Source: Atribacterota bacterium
GTDB lineage: Bacteria; Atribacterota; Phoenicimicrobiia; Phoenicimicrobiales; Stramentimicrobiaceae
Reading direction: 5' to 3'
NCBI GenBank assembly: GCA_040767965.1
Contig: JAXGNR010000006.1
Coordinates: 64,001 to 128,000, forward strand
DNA length: 64,000 nt
A program made the position numbers and the translations under genes. The stretch's first letter is position 1. Each line of letters opens with the position of its first letter. Shown piece by piece: positions 19,479-30,406 of this stretch. The notes beneath the pieces were generated by a model. That model was not told where the DNA came from, made no database searches, and was given only the letters and a program-made list of their open reading frames with translations.

Positions 19479-20432
19479 TTACTTTTTTCTTAAAATACTA
19501 TTTATCCAGTTAAGAATAACATCAAAAACAGGGTGATCCGTTTTACCCAGATCATAATCAATTGAAACATGATTCTCTTCAGAGAAATAATGGATATTTA
19601 CATTGTAATTATATTTATGTAGATTGTTATAAAAAGCCTTGTTGACATTTTTAGAAACTTCCCGATCGCCAGCTACCAATAAAAAAAATGAAGGCGGAGT
19701 TAGCCCTTCTTTGATGTAGTTTATAGGAGATGCGCTTTCCAAATCCTGTATTTTATCACCAAAAACCCATGAAAATAAAAACTGGTTTTCTGGCTCGGCT
19801 GCAAATAATGAAGGAAGATGATATGCTGCACTGTCCAGACCAATTACTCCAGCAATATCTGAGGGAATTAAATCAAATTCAGCAAGATATTTTTCATTTA
19901 AAGCAATTAAAGCGGCTAAATGCCCTCCCGCTGAATGTCCAAGAATAAATATCTGCTTTGGATTTCCACTATAATAATTGATATTTTTCTTAACCCAGTA
20001 AAATGCACGGGCAACATCAACAGCTTGGGCGGGAAATTGATTATCTGGAGAAAGTCTGTAGTTTATACTTACATAAATAAAATTATTGTCAGTAAAAGCC
20101 TTAGCCTTATGGCCTGGAATCCCTTTGTCACCCAATGCCCAGGATCCACCATGAACATAAATTACAACAGGGCAAGAGTGACAGTTTTCTGGTTGATACA
20201 AGTCTAATAAATGACTGCTATGCTGATATTTCTTGTGTTCTTCTTTATTATAAAATTCATCAAAATAGCTGATATCCTGATGAATTTTTATATTATTCCA
20301 TACTATTTCTTGAGAAAATACAGGTAATGTAAAAATAAAGAAAAACAATATGCAGAATATTTGCAAAAAAACAAATAATTTACCACAGGCAGAATTAGTT
20401 TCCACCTGTGGTAAAAAAATATTATTCTTCAT
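19479..20432 (-). CDS. Exported alpha/beta hydrolase (HSL-like carboxylesterase)
   Basis: LDLY, HGGSW..GDK, INYRLSP, GHSAGGHL; hydrophobic N-terminus. Confidence 0.85.
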   Translation of the reverse strand: MKNNIFLPQVETNSACGKLFVFLQIFCILFFFIFTLPVFSQEIVWNNIKIHQDISYFDEFYNKEEHKKYQHSSHLLDLYQPENCHSCPVVIYVHGGSWALGDKGIPGHKAKAFTDNNFIYVSINYRLSPDNQFPAQAVDVARAFYWVKKNINYYSGNPKQIFILGHSAGGHLAALIALNEKYLAEFDLIPSDIAGVIGLDSAAYHLPSLFAAEPENQFLFSWVFGDKIQDLESASPINYIKEGLTPPSFFLLVAGDREVSKNVNKAFYNNLHKYNYNVNIHYFSEENHVSIDYDLGKTDHPVFDVILNWINSILRKK

Positions 20433-20802
20433 ATTTCCATAATTTATGAATATTACAATATTCTCTAACCTTTTTTATCCCTTCAGCATCCTTAAATTCT
20501 GCTTCAGGAGGATCACCAGGTTTTAGGAATTTTTTACATGAACCCTTGTCGGTGATAACCTGTATCCACTCTATATAATGTTTTTCTTCCATTGGATGCA
20601 AGGTGGAACCTACAGTCACTTTAATACCTTTTTCTGTTTTTTGAACTACAGGAACATGCTTTTCAGTAGCCTGTTCAGCAGTTTGTTCTTTCATTAATTC
20701 CATGGGCTCACCACAACAAACCAGTTCACCCTTGCCACCGTGTAAAACTTCTATAATGTTTCCACAAATATCGCATTTATAAATTTCATATTTTTCAGCC
20801 AT
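20422..20802 (-). CDS. dfx: Desulfoferrodoxin (2Fe superoxide reductase)
   Basis: YKCDICGN...CCG, EKHVP, HPM, HYIEWI, YCNIH. Start moved to ATG 20802 after the GGAG RBS. Confidence 0.93.
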   Translation of the reverse strand: MAEKYEIYKCDICGNIIEVLHGGKGELVCCGEPMELMKEQTAEQATEKHVPVVQKTEKGIKVTVGSTLHPMEEKHYIEWIQVITDKGSCKKFLKPGDPPEAEFKDAEGIKKVREYCNIHKLWKYEE

Positions 20803-20877
20803 TTCCCTACTCTCCTTTTGATTTTTTCTACAGAACAATAAGTCAGAATATTTAAAATCTCGCTTAGCATATTTTTT

Positions 20878-21375
20878 TTAATGTATATCGTATATAGTTT
20901 CCATATCTTCAAATAAAGCTTCCAGATCATCTTCATGCTCTACTTCATCTTTTAAAATTTCCAAAACTATTTGGTAAGTTATAGGATCTTTGTCTTTAAG
21001 ATGTTCTGATAGCTTTTGATATACATCTATTGCACATTGTTCACCTTTAATATTCTGTTCTAATAAAGTTTTCACATTTGGGTCACTGGGTGCTTCATAT
21101 CCGCAATTAGTAACTTTATACCATTCCTCAGGGCTCAGAACAGGAGTTCCGCCTAATTGCAAAATTCTTTCTGCCAGCATATCAGCATGTCTTAATTCAT
21201 CATTAGCATGTTCTATTAACTCAGCCACTACTGCACCTCTCATAGTACCTTTTGCAACTTTGGCACCTAACCAGTATTGATAATAAGCAAGCCATTCATC
21301 AGCTAGAGCTTTGTTGAGCTCTTTAACCAACTCGTTGACATCCATTCCTACTAATTTTTTTCCTTTTGTACCCAT
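20878..21375 (-). CDS. Ferritin-like DPSL / bacterioferritin-related protein
   Basis: ALADEWLAYYQYW, E..H, EQCAI, DEVEHE diiron pattern. Confidence 0.88.
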   Translation of the reverse strand: MGTKGKKLVGMDVNELVKELNKALADEWLAYYQYWLGAKVAKGTMRGAVVAELIEHANDELRHADMLAERILQLGGTPVLSPEEWYKVTNCGYEAPSDPNVKTLLEQNIKGEQCAIDVYQKLSEHLKDKDPITYQIVLEILKDEVEHEDDLEALFEDMETIYDIH

Positions 21376-21416
21376 TTTAATCCTCCTTTTTTTTAAATAA
21401 ATTAAAAATGTTATTT

Positions 21417-21869
21417 TTAATTGTCTTTATTTTTTTCTTTCTCTAAACATTCCAGGCATACACCCTCTAAGATAATTTTCTTCCTTAAAACATGAAACTT
21501 ATCGCTTATATCTTCAGGTATATTAATATTATCATATTCTATGCATTCAAAATCAATTATTTTCTTACATTTCAGGCAGCGGAAATGATAGTGCTGTTTT
21601 AAATTAGCGTCAAAATGCCTGGCACCATGACCGCCTTCTACTATTTTAATCAATCCCTTTTCCAATAAAGATAAAAGTGTTCTATTTACGGTGTCGAAAG
21701 ATATATTAGGAAACTCTTTTCTTACCCTTCTATAAATAATTTCAGCAGTCGGATGTGATTTTGAATCAACCAAACAACAAAAAACACTCAGACGCTGAGG
21801 GGTAATCCTAAAATTATTTTTTTCTAATTTTTCTTTACAATATAAAAAAGTATTTCTCATTTGAATCAT
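21417..21869 (-). CDS. perR: Fur-family regulator, PerR-like
   Basis: RITPQR, HPTAE, HYHFRCLKC, CLEC; heads an oxidative-stress operon. Confidence 0.8.
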   Translation of the reverse strand: MIQMRNTFLYCKEKLEKNNFRITPQRLSVFCCLVDSKSHPTAEIIYRRVRKEFPNISFDTVNRTLLSLLEKGLIKIVEGGHGARHFDANLKQHYHFRCLKCKKIIDFECIEYDNINIPEDISDKFHVLRKKIILEGVCLECLEKEKNKDN

Positions 21870-21921
21870 CTGCTCTCATAATTTTAATATATTAAACAAA
21901 GTAAGAAGTATTGTATTTTTT

Positions 21922-21950
21922 ACTATATAGTAATAAATACTATTTGTCAA
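21922..21950 (-). promoter_or_regulatory. perR promoter with palindromic operator in the spacer
   Basis: TTGACA-17-TATAGT on the minus strand; the spacer contains the near-palindrome ATAGTAATAAATACTAT (21927-21943). Confidence 0.55.
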
Positions 21951-22134
21951 GAATTACATCTAAATCTTATTTTTCTGACTTTCTTAAACTCCTTTATAAA
22001 TCATTGTTTGGTCATAAAAAAACTGTTTTTAAATTTACTCAAATAAAAAAATATATTGCTAACCGAAATATTACCTAAAGCTGTTAAAATATAATATAAT
22101 ATAATAATATAGTATTTTAATTGCATTTTAAAAA

Positions 22135-23424
22135 ATGGAGAATCCTATGAGCAATAAAACTTTTTTTATTAGCAATACTAAAAAAAGCATCTTACTACTA
22201 CTTTTAATAATATCAATTTTTCTAAACTTTTCAACAATTATAGTTTATTCAAACAATCAATCAACTGAAGATCTTTATTTTCAAGGTATCAATTACTTAA
22301 AAAATGAAAATGATTATGATAAAGCGCTTGAAATATTCAGAGAAATATTGAATGTTAACCCAAATTACGCTGAAGCTCATTTTCAAATTGGTGAAATCTA
22401 CAGGCTGACAGAAGAGTATAAAAAAGCAAAAATTTACTATCAAAATGCAATTAATTTAAAAGAAAATTACCTTTCCGCTTATTATAATTTGGGATTAGTT
22501 TCCTTAGAATTAAAGGAATACAATAATTCTTTAAATTTTTTTAAAGAAACAATCAGAATAGACCCAAATTTTTCTAATGCTCATTATGGTTTGGGACTGA
22601 GTTATTTAAAATTAGAAAATTACAACCAGGCTATCAATGCTTTTCAACTGGTAACATATTTAAATCCAAATGACTTTCAGGCATTTTACAGATTAGGTAT
22701 AAGTTTCAAGAAAGTTGGTGACGATTTAAAGGCTGTTGAATTTTTTAAGAAAGCTTTGGAAATTAAACCCGACTTTGGAGAATCTTTCTATGAGTTGGGA
22801 ATTATTTATTACTCACAAAAAAAATATGAAGAGGCTATTACCTATTTGGAAAATGCAGCTGATTTTCTTCCAGAACAGGCTGATCAGATCTATTTTCAAA
22901 CAAGCATACTAATGCAGGAATTGGGTGATTATGATTCTGCAATTGAATTATTAGAAAAAACAATTCATATCAACCAACAATATACTGAAGCTCATTACTA
23001 TCTTGGTTGGCTTTATAGCCAAACAAAAAAATTTGAGCAGTCAATTGAGGCATATCAAACAGTTATTTCCTTAAATCCAAACTATGATTCTGCTTATTAT
23101 AATTTAGGCTGGGCTTTTATTGAAAAAAACCAATTACCTGAAGCTGTAGAAACTTTTGAACAGGCAATAGCAAAAAACCCTGATGACGCAGATTCTTATT
23201 ATTCTCTGGGGTGGACTTATGGAAAATTAGAAGAATATATGTCAGCAAAAGATGCATTTCAAAAAACTATCCGGATTCAGCCTAAACATATCTATGCTCA
23301 TTATGGATTAGGGGTTGCACATTTAGCTTTAGGAGAGAGGACTCTGGCATTAGAAGAATATGCAATATTAAAAGATCTTGATAGCACAATAGCAGAATTA
23401 TTGTTTGAACAAATTTATCCATAA
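22135..23424 (+). CDS. Exported or membrane-anchored TPR repeat protein
   Basis: N-terminal hydrophobic segment and about 11 34-aa repeats (AYYNLG, AHYGLG, P-n-y). Confidence 0.9.
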   Translation: MENPMSNKTFFISNTKKSILLLLLIISIFLNFSTIIVYSNNQSTEDLYFQGINYLKNENDYDKALEIFREILNVNPNYAEAHFQIGEIYRLTEEYKKAKIYYQNAINLKENYLSAYYNLGLVSLELKEYNNSLNFFKETIRIDPNFSNAHYGLGLSYLKLENYNQAINAFQLVTYLNPNDFQAFYRLGISFKKVGDDLKAVEFFKKALEIKPDFGESFYELGIIYYSQKKYEEAITYLENAADFLPEQADQIYFQTSILMQELGDYDSAIELLEKTIHINQQYTEAHYYLGWLYSQTKKFEQSIEAYQTVISLNPNYDSAYYNLGWAFIEKNQLPEAVETFEQAIAKNPDDADSYYSLGWTYGKLEEYMSAKDAFQKTIRIQPKHIYAHYGLGVAHLALGERTLALEEYAILKDLDSTIAELLFEQIYP

Positions 23425-23562
23425 AAAAATTTCTCATATATAAATGTTTCTGCTCGTAATTTACTGATTTTTTTTATTCTATTTTAGTAACCTGTTTAAC
23501 TTTTATATCAAACTTAATTAAAAAATATATTTATAGATAAATAAGAAAAAAGGAGGAGCATA

Positions 23563-24630
23563 ATGATCAATAATTTTTTTCAAGAAGTTTATTTTCACAA
23601 TCGAATTATTGATTATATTTCTGCAATTGCTATTTTTTTATTAGCAGTTTTAACTATAATCATTTTGAAAAACTTCCTTATTAAAGCCCTGCAGACTTTC
23701 GCCAGAAAAAAATCAACTACCATAGATAAACGCTTTGTAGATAATTTTCAAAACAAAATGAAACCTTTTGTCAACCTTCTCTATTTTGGAAGTTTTTATC
23801 TTGGTTTTTATCAACTAAATATACCTTCTTTTTTAGAAAAAATAGTAAATATATTTATTGTTGCTTTGTTGGTATTTTATAGTGTACGCTTCATCCTATC
23901 CATTATTTCTTACTTTCTGGAAAACTACTGGATTAAAAAAGAAACTGACTCAACACGTATAACTGCAATTCGAGGCGTAGAAACCTTCTTAAAGGTTATC
24001 TTATGGTCAATTGCTGTAATAATATTGTTAGATAATATGGGAGTACAAGTATCAGCATTGGTTGCAGGTCTTGGTATTGGAGGTATTGCAATTGCCCTGG
24101 CAGCCCAAAACATTTTAGGAGATCTGTTCAGCTATTTTATAATTTATTTCGATCACCCTTTTGAAATAGGAGACTTTATAACTATTGATAGCTTTTCTGG
24201 TACCATTGAAAATATTGGAATAAAAACAACTCGTATCAGAAGTTTAGGCGGAGAAGAAATCATCTTCTCTAATACTGATTTAGTAAATTCTCGCTTGCGT
24301 AATTATAAAAGAATGAGAAAAAGAAGAATTTTATTTAATTTTGGAGTTATTTATCAAACTTCAACTGAGCAGTTAAAAAATATTTCTGCTGTTATAAAAG
24401 AAATATTTAATAGAATAGATGGAGCAAGTTTGGATCGTGTTCATTTCTCTGCCTATGGTAGTTTTAGCCTTAATTTTGAAGTGGTTTATTATGTAAACAG
24501 CAGGGATTATAATAAATATATGGATATTCAACAGGAAATTAACTTTCAAATGAAAGAAGAGTTTGAAAAGTATAATGTTGAATTTGCCTATCCTACTCAA
24601 ACTCTTTTTCTGTCTAAAGAAAATAACTAA
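23563..24630 (+). CDS. mscS: Small-conductance mechanosensitive channel
   Basis: LVAGLGIGGIAIALAAQ, PFEIGDFI, GTIENIGIKTTRIR, FAYPTQ. Confidence 0.9.
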   Translation: MINNFFQEVYFHNRIIDYISAIAIFLLAVLTIIILKNFLIKALQTFARKKSTTIDKRFVDNFQNKMKPFVNLLYFGSFYLGFYQLNIPSFLEKIVNIFIVALLVFYSVRFILSIISYFLENYWIKKETDSTRITAIRGVETFLKVILWSIAVIILLDNMGVQVSALVAGLGIGGIAIALAAQNILGDLFSYFIIYFDHPFEIGDFITIDSFSGTIENIGIKTTRIRSLGGEEIIFSNTDLVNSRLRNYKRMRKRRILFNFGVIYQTSTEQLKNISAVIKEIFNRIDGASLDRVHFSAYGSFSLNFEVVYYVNSRDYNKYMDIQQEINFQMKEEFEKYNVEFAYPTQTLFLSKENN

Positions 24631-24657
24631 ATAGCCAATATTTTTATGGAGGTAACA

Positions 24658-25575
24658 ATGAAAGGTTGGATTCTTTTTGACTATAAAGATGAAACTTTAA
24701 AAAGCGAACATAGGGAAATTGAAAGATTTTTAGAAACTGCAAAAAAAAGAAATATTGAGATTGAAGTATATGAACCTCAGCAGTTTGACTTAATGGTAAA
24801 TAAGCAGGCCAGTGACAGCATAATGATAAATGATAAGCCAACCTCATTGCCTGACTTTATTTTACCCCGAACAGGAGCCAGTACAACATATTACTCATTG
24901 GCTATTATCCGCCAATTAGAACGAATGGGAATTCCTAGTTTTAATACTGCTCAAAGTATTGAAACAGTGAAAGATAAACTATTTACCCAGCAAATACTTG
25001 CCTCCAGCAATCTTCCGGTCCCAAGAACATTATTGGCAAAATACCCTATAAATGCTGATTTGGTAGAAGAAAAACTGGGTTTTCCGGTAATAGTTAAAAC
25101 ACTATCCGGATCTCAAGGTAGTGGTGTTTATTTAAGTAAAACCAAAGATGGATTTGCCGGGTTAATGCAATTGATTAATGCCGCAAAAACTTCCAGCAAT
25201 ATTATAGTGCAAGAATTCATACAGAGTAGCGAAGGAAGAGATCTTCGTGTTTTTGTTATTGGAGGAAGAGCAATTGCTGCTATGCAGCGCATTGCCCAGG
25301 AAGGGGAATTTCGTGCAAATATCTCCAAAGGCGGTCACGGAAAACTTTTCCCTCTCAATTCTGAGATTGAATGGCTGGCTATTGAAAGTGCAAAAATATT
25401 AGGACTGGATGTTACGGGAATTGATCTCCTTTTTGATGGTGATCATTTTAAGATTTGTGAAGCTAACTCTTCACCTGGATTTATTGGATTTGAAAAATAT
25501 TGTAAAATAGACATACCTAATGAAATATTTAACTTCATATCAGTTCGTCTTGGGTTTTTTAAAAATCATTCTTAG
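24658..25575 (+). CDS. RimK-family alpha-L-glutamate ligase
   Basis: KDKLFT, GSQGSGV, QEFI, DLRVFVIG, FRANISKGG, CEANSSPG. RBS GGAGG precedes ATG 24658. Confidence 0.88.
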   Translation: MKGWILFDYKDETLKSEHREIERFLETAKKRNIEIEVYEPQQFDLMVNKQASDSIMINDKPTSLPDFILPRTGASTTYYSLAIIRQLERMGIPSFNTAQSIETVKDKLFTQQILASSNLPVPRTLLAKYPINADLVEEKLGFPVIVKTLSGSQGSGVYLSKTKDGFAGLMQLINAAKTSSNIIVQEFIQSSEGRDLRVFVIGGRAIAAMQRIAQEGEFRANISKGGHGKLFPLNSEIEWLAIESAKILGLDVTGIDLLFDGDHFKICEANSSPGFIGFEKYCKIDIPNEIFNFISVRLGFFKNHS

Positions 25576-25614
25576 CTAGCAAAGAATTTACATTATAATA
25601 ATCTGGAGGAAATT

Positions 25615-25890
25615 GTGCAAATATATTTATTTACCGCAGCTCTTATAGCTATAATGGCAGTAATTTTCGCCTTACAAAATGCAATACCTATTACTGTTAG
25701 TTTTTTAATCTGGAAAGTAGAAAGTTCTCTGGCTTTGATTCTTATAATCGCATTTGTTGCAGGATTAATAACCAGTTTCCTTTTTAATGCTATTTCTCGG
25801 CTTCGAAAAACTACTACTATTCCTATTTTTAAAAAAAATGATGAAAACACAATAACAAAGAAATCTTCAAATGATAATGAAAAAGAGTAA
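25615..25890 (+). CDS. LapA / DUF1049 family membrane protein
   Basis: IFALQNA..V.FL.W...SLALILI pattern. Confidence 0.8.
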   Translation: MQIYLFTAALIAIMAVIFALQNAIPITVSFLIWKVESSLALILIIAFVAGLITSFLFNAISRLRKTTTIPIFKKNDENTITKKSSNDNEKE

Positions 25891-25940
25891 AATAAAAAAT
25901 AGAATAAGTCTAAATATTTTTTGAAAGGAGTATATCCAGA

Positions 25941-27005
25941 TTGCCAAAATTGCTTAAAAAAAGAAGTAAATCTGCTGGTCTCACTCCAGGAACATTAATT
26001 CATATTGGCGAAAGATTGATGGATATTCCTAAGATTTCTATTATTGATTACACAGCTTCTGATTTAGAGGAAAAGATTATAAAAAATATTGAAGAATGTT
26101 GTGTGTACCAGGAAAAAAATTCAATAACCTGGATTAATATAGACGGTATCCATCAATCTAATATAATAGAACAAATTGGCAACTTATTCCATATACACCC
26201 TCTAACCCTTGAAAATATTATGAATACAGACCAGAGACCTAAAATAGAATATTTTCCAGGTTATATTTTTATTGTTTTAAAAATGATTTATTGGAATGAG
26301 ATCAAACAAGAAATTGAGATTGAACATATCAGCCTTATTCTGAAAGATCGGATTGTTTTGTCATTTCAGGAAAAAGAAGGAGATATTTTTAATCCTATCA
26401 GAAAAAGAATAAAGACTAAAAGCGGTAAAATAAGGATGAAGGGTGCAGATTATCTGATATACGCTCTTTTAGATGCAATTGTGGATCAATATTTTTTAAT
26501 TTTAGAAAAATTAGGGGATAAAACAGAATTACTGGAAGATTCTTTAATAAACCAACCTTCCCCTGAGAATCTACAAACTATTCATCAAAATAAAAGAAAT
26601 TTAATTTTTATAAGAAATGCTGTCTGGCCTTTGAGAGAAGTTATTAATAAACTTGAAAAAGATGATTCTAAATTAATCCAAAAAAATACTAAAATCTTTT
26701 TAAGAGATGTCTATGACCATACAATACAGATAATTGAAACAGTAGAAACTTTAAGGGATATGGTTGCTGGCTTGCTTGAAATTTATCTGTCTAGCTTAAG
26801 CAATAAAATGAATGAGGTAATGAAGGTACTTACAATTATTGCAACAATTTTTATTCCATTAACTTTTATTGCAGGTATTTATGGGATGAATTTCCACTAT
26901 ATGCCTGAATTATCATGGAAGCTGGGATATCCTATGGCAATTGGGGGAATGTTTATTCTTGGTCTGATTATGCTTCTCTTTTTTAAAAAGAAAAAATGGT
27001 TATAA
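25941..27005 (+). CDS. corA: Magnesium/cobalt transporter
   Basis: HPLTLE, QRPK, MNEVMKVLT, YGMNF..MPEL. Confidence 0.95.
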   Translation: MPKLLKKRSKSAGLTPGTLIHIGERLMDIPKISIIDYTASDLEEKIIKNIEECCVYQEKNSITWINIDGIHQSNIIEQIGNLFHIHPLTLENIMNTDQRPKIEYFPGYIFIVLKMIYWNEIKQEIEIEHISLILKDRIVLSFQEKEGDIFNPIRKRIKTKSGKIRMKGADYLIYALLDAIVDQYFLILEKLGDKTELLEDSLINQPSPENLQTIHQNKRNLIFIRNAVWPLREVINKLEKDDSKLIQKNTKIFLRDVYDHTIQIIETVETLRDMVAGLLEIYLSSLSNKMNEVMKVLTIIATIFIPLTFIAGIYGMNFHYMPELSWKLGYPMAIGGMFILGLIMLLFFKKKKWL

Positions 27006-27060
27006 TGATACATTAAATGTAATAATTTTTTATTAAGTTGTTTATTTGTCAGGATTTATT

Positions 27061-27783
27061 TTATTTCTTATCCTTTTTAGAGGTCTTTTTCTGACAATTT
27101 TTTGAATTTTTGCTCTTATCTTCTTCTGAAGATTTAAATTTTGTAATTAATTGATCAATTTTTTTGTTTTCTCCTACCAAAATAAGATTTTCATTTTCAT
27201 TAACAGTATGTCTTTCAGTAGGCGAAAAAGTAAATTGGTTACCTCTGCGAATAGCTAATAAAGTTACTCCATATTTTCCTGGTAAATCAAGCTCTCCAAG
27301 AGTTTTTTCACAAAAAATGGGTAATGCTGCAATCTCGATAAGACTGTATTGCTGGGACAATTCCATATGGTTTTTAATATTTGGCATAATCAAACTTCTT
27401 GCAATTCTTATCCCTTCATCTCTTTCCGGATATACCACTCGATCTGCACCTATTTTTTCCAATACTTTCCCGTGTAATAAACTATTGGCTTTTGTGATAA
27501 CCTGTTTTAACCCCATCTCTTTTAACATGATTGTAATTAATATGCTTGCCTCCAGATCAGTTCCCAGGCTGACAATAGCAGCATCAAAATTTTTAACTCC
27601 CAGTTCTTTTAAAACTTTTTCATCTGTTATATCGACTTTAACTGTTTTTGTTATAATATCTTTTAGCAAATCTACCTTTTCCATATCATTATCTACCCCT
27701 AAAACCTCATGACCCAGTTCAACTAATGTGGTAGCAACTGCTGAACCAAAACTGCCCAAACCAAAAATTACAAATTGCTTCAT
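27061..27783 (-). CDS. ktrA: Trk/Ktr K+ uptake NAD-binding subunit
   Basis: GLGSFG Rossmann motif, IGADRVVYPE, RCK-C domain. Confidence 0.88.
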   Translation of the reverse strand: MKQFVIFGLGSFGSAVATTLVELGHEVLGVDNDMEKVDLLKDIITKTVKVDITDEKVLKELGVKNFDAAIVSLGTDLEASILITIMLKEMGLKQVITKANSLLHGKVLEKIGADRVVYPERDEGIRIARSLIMPNIKNHMELSQQYSLIEIAALPIFCEKTLGELDLPGKYGVTLLAIRRGNQFTFSPTERHTVNENENLILVGENKKIDQLITKFKSSEEDKSKNSKNCQKKTSKKDKK

Positions 27784-27816
27784 TTCTTTTTTCCTTCTTC
27801 TTTCTAAAAATCAGAT

Positions 27817-29169
27817 TTACCCCACCATAATATGTCCTTCAGGGTATTGAATTGATTCCGGATGTCTATTTATGATTAATGATAAAGCCAATGAAAGAGG
27901 TCCCAGTCTACCTAAAAACATAGTTAAAATAATGATAATTTTCCCTGCTGGAGATAACTGGCTTGTTATTCCTGTGGAAAGTCCCACTGTACCAAAAGCA
28001 GAAATAATCTCAAAAAATAATTCAATAAAGTCAAACTTCTCATAATAAGAAATCAATAAAGTCATCATCAAAGTCCAACTCAGGGAAAGCATCAATATCG
28101 CCCAGGCTTTGTTCATTATTGTGCTTGATATCTGCCTGCAAAAAAGATAAAGATGCCTTCGGCCTTTTAAGGTATAGTACATCCATAAAAAAGCGATAGA
28201 AAATGTTGTTGTCTTGATACCACCTCCGGTAGAGGTAGGGGATGCACCAATAAACATCAATATTATTAAAAAAAACAAGGTGGAATTCCCTAATTGCTCA
28301 ACAGAAATGGTATTAAATCCTGCTGTTCTGGCAGTAGTAGATTGAAATAAAGATGTAAGTATCCTGCCTTTCAATAACATTGGCTGTAAAGTAGCACTAT
28401 TGTTTTTTTCTAAAAGATAAATTCCGACCGCCCCGGTAATCAGCAAAACTATGGTTACTACTAATACTAATTTACTGTGTAGCGAAAGCCTGTGCTTTTT
28501 AGGAAATTCAAAAAGTTCAACTAAAACTAAAAACCCAATTCCACCGAAAACAATCAAAATTAAAAAGATTAAATTTATTCCAATATTTAAATTAAATTGC
28601 TCCAAACTGTCGCTAAATAAAGAAAAACCTGCATTACAAAAAGCGGATACTGCATGAAAAAAAGAAAGAAAAAGATGGTTATGAACACTAGTCAGGTTAC
28701 TCCAATTAATATATAAAAGCAATGTCCCCAATCCTTCAAAAAAAATAGTAAAAACTATAATATACTTAGCTAATCTTACTAATCCTCCAATTGAAAACTG
28801 ATTTAGTGATTCCTGGATAAGAAGGCGCTGCCGTAAAGATATTTTTCTTCCCAGCAGAAAAGCAAACATGGTGGAAAAAGTCATAATTCCCAACCCGCCA
28901 ATCTGGAAGAGAATCAATATTACCCATTGGCCAAAAAGAGAAAAATCTTTCCCGGTATCCAGCACAATTAATCCGGTTACACAAGTAGCTGAAGTGGCAG
29001 TAAAAAGAGCATCAAGTAATTCAATTGATATGCCACTACTGGAAGATATTGGATGTTGCAAAAGGTATGTCCCGATTGAAATAATACCTAAAAATCCCAG
29101 TACTAGTATCTGGTTTGGAGTTAACTCTTTTTTCTTTTTAAACAAGGGATGCCCTGATTTTGTTTTCAA
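27817..29169 (-). CDS. ktrB: Trk/Ktr K+ uptake membrane subunit
   Basis: SATCVTGL, SAFCNAGF, RTAGFN, SAFGTVGLS. Probable TTG start at 29169; the track start lies inside the IS end. Confidence 0.9.
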   Translation of the reverse strand: MKTKSGHPLFKKKKELTPNQILVLGFLGIISIGTYLLQHPISSSSGISIELLDALFTATSATCVTGLIVLDTGKDFSLFGQWVILILFQIGGLGIMTFSTMFAFLLGRKISLRQRLLIQESLNQFSIGGLVRLAKYIIVFTIFFEGLGTLLLYINWSNLTSVHNHLFLSFFHAVSAFCNAGFSLFSDSLEQFNLNIGINLIFLILIVFGGIGFLVLVELFEFPKKHRLSLHSKLVLVVTIVLLITGAVGIYLLEKNNSATLQPMLLKGRILTSLFQSTTARTAGFNTISVEQLGNSTLFFLIILMFIGASPTSTGGGIKTTTFSIAFLWMYYTLKGRRHLYLFCRQISSTIMNKAWAILMLSLSWTLMMTLLISYYEKFDFIELFFEIISAFGTVGLSTGITSQLSPAGKIIIILTMFLGRLGPLSLALSLIINRHPESIQYPEGHIMVG

Positions 29170-29203
29170 TTTATTACCACAATTATATAAATTTGGCTTT
29201 ATA

Positions 29204-30406
29204 TGTATTATTTTCAAGATGTGTTTACACATCCAAGTTCTTTCCTATAGAAATAGGATACTATTTATCCGGGCTCCGGTAAAGCCAATTTACGCTTACC
29301 ATCAATAAATTTCTGGTAAGGTATCTTACCTTTTAGCCGGTAACCCTGATTCGTTCTTTTAAAATTGTAATAGTAGATAAACTTATCCAGATCATCCTGT
29401 AACTGGTTTAAACAGGTATAGACTTTCTTGATCATGGCAACCTGGTAGAATTCTTCTAACAGTGTTCTGTTAAAACGTTCTACTATCCCATTACTCTTGG
29501 GACACCTGGGCTTAATTCGGCTATGTCTGATACCACATCTGTCCAGGAATATCTCATAGTCATGTTTGCCGTTCTTCCAGTGAGTGGTATATTCTTTGCC
29601 ATTATCAGTCAGGATGCGATCTAGCCGAATACCAAACATCTCATAGACCGGTATTACTTTGGTCTTCACAAAGTCAATGGCACTTTCTGCTTTCTTATCA
29701 ATATAGACCTTGGCAAAGCCGAAATTACTGTAGGCATCAATACCGGTCTGTTGATAGATTCTACTAATCCCTTGATGGTACCCACATAGAAGGTATCCTG
29801 ACAGAAGAGGTATCCGGGATAAAAGCCTTGATATGACTTTCATTCTTCTTTGCTGCCTCTCTGAGATAGCTCTCGGTGATGACTGGATTATCCGAGTGTT
29901 CCTGGGCATAAAAGAGCCTGTCCAGACGGTGATTTAATCTTTTCTCTTTAAGACATTATAGATACCGCTGGGGCTGATGATAATACCCTGTTCTTTAAGC
30001 TCATTGGCAATTCTGCCAGGTCCATGGGTCGGATAGTTCACTATGTAATTGTAAATGACCTGTTCCTTATCAGGTTTGATCTGATTAGGCATTTTCGGTT
30101 TGGATTTTTCTCTATAGAGCAAACCCGGATAACCGAATTGGCTGAATCTTTTAATCCACTTGTAATAGACGGTTCTGGAAAGATTAAAGATTCTACAGGT
30201 ATCAGCAATATTCTTGTGTTTATATGCATGTTGCAGTACACTATACTTGTAACTGGCAATGAAATCATCTTTGGTCATGTGTGCTGTTCTCCTTCCTATT
30301 TAGAATTTGTTTTATCAACTACATTCTATAGGAAAGACAACATGCATGACCAATTTTTTTTAAGTTATTTTAAGTCAAAGTGTAAACAGTACTCGAAAAT
30401 AATTGC
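29204..30406 (-). mobile_element. IS481-family-like IS with frameshifted transposase (29265-30278)
   Basis: IRs TGTATTATTTTCAAGATGTGTTTACAC and GTGTAAACAGTACTCGAAAATAATTGC. Flanking direct repeat (GC)TTTATA. Subterminal IR at 29240-52 and 30324-36. HTH plus DDE motifs (IDAYS, TDNGKEY, NGIVERFNRT). Confidence 0.85.

Noticed and set aside
20878-21375. Encapsulin cargo ferritin
   Set aside because: No cargo-loading peptide and no encapsulin shell gene nearby.
22135-23424. Repetitive DNA or CRISPR-like periodicity
   Set aside because: Protein-level TPR repeats only; no repeat-spacer array was seen anywhere in the window.
27164-27712. 182-aa + strand ORF and similar antisense ORFs (e.g. 49840-50310, 55049-55477, 28868-29308)
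   Set aside because: Shadow frames of well-supported genes on the opposite strand, with no recognisable motifs.
29900-29945. Programmed frameshift between the two IS ORFs (IS3-like)
   Set aside because: No clear slippery heptamer. The motifs and ends fit a single-ORF IS481-like transposase with mutational damage.
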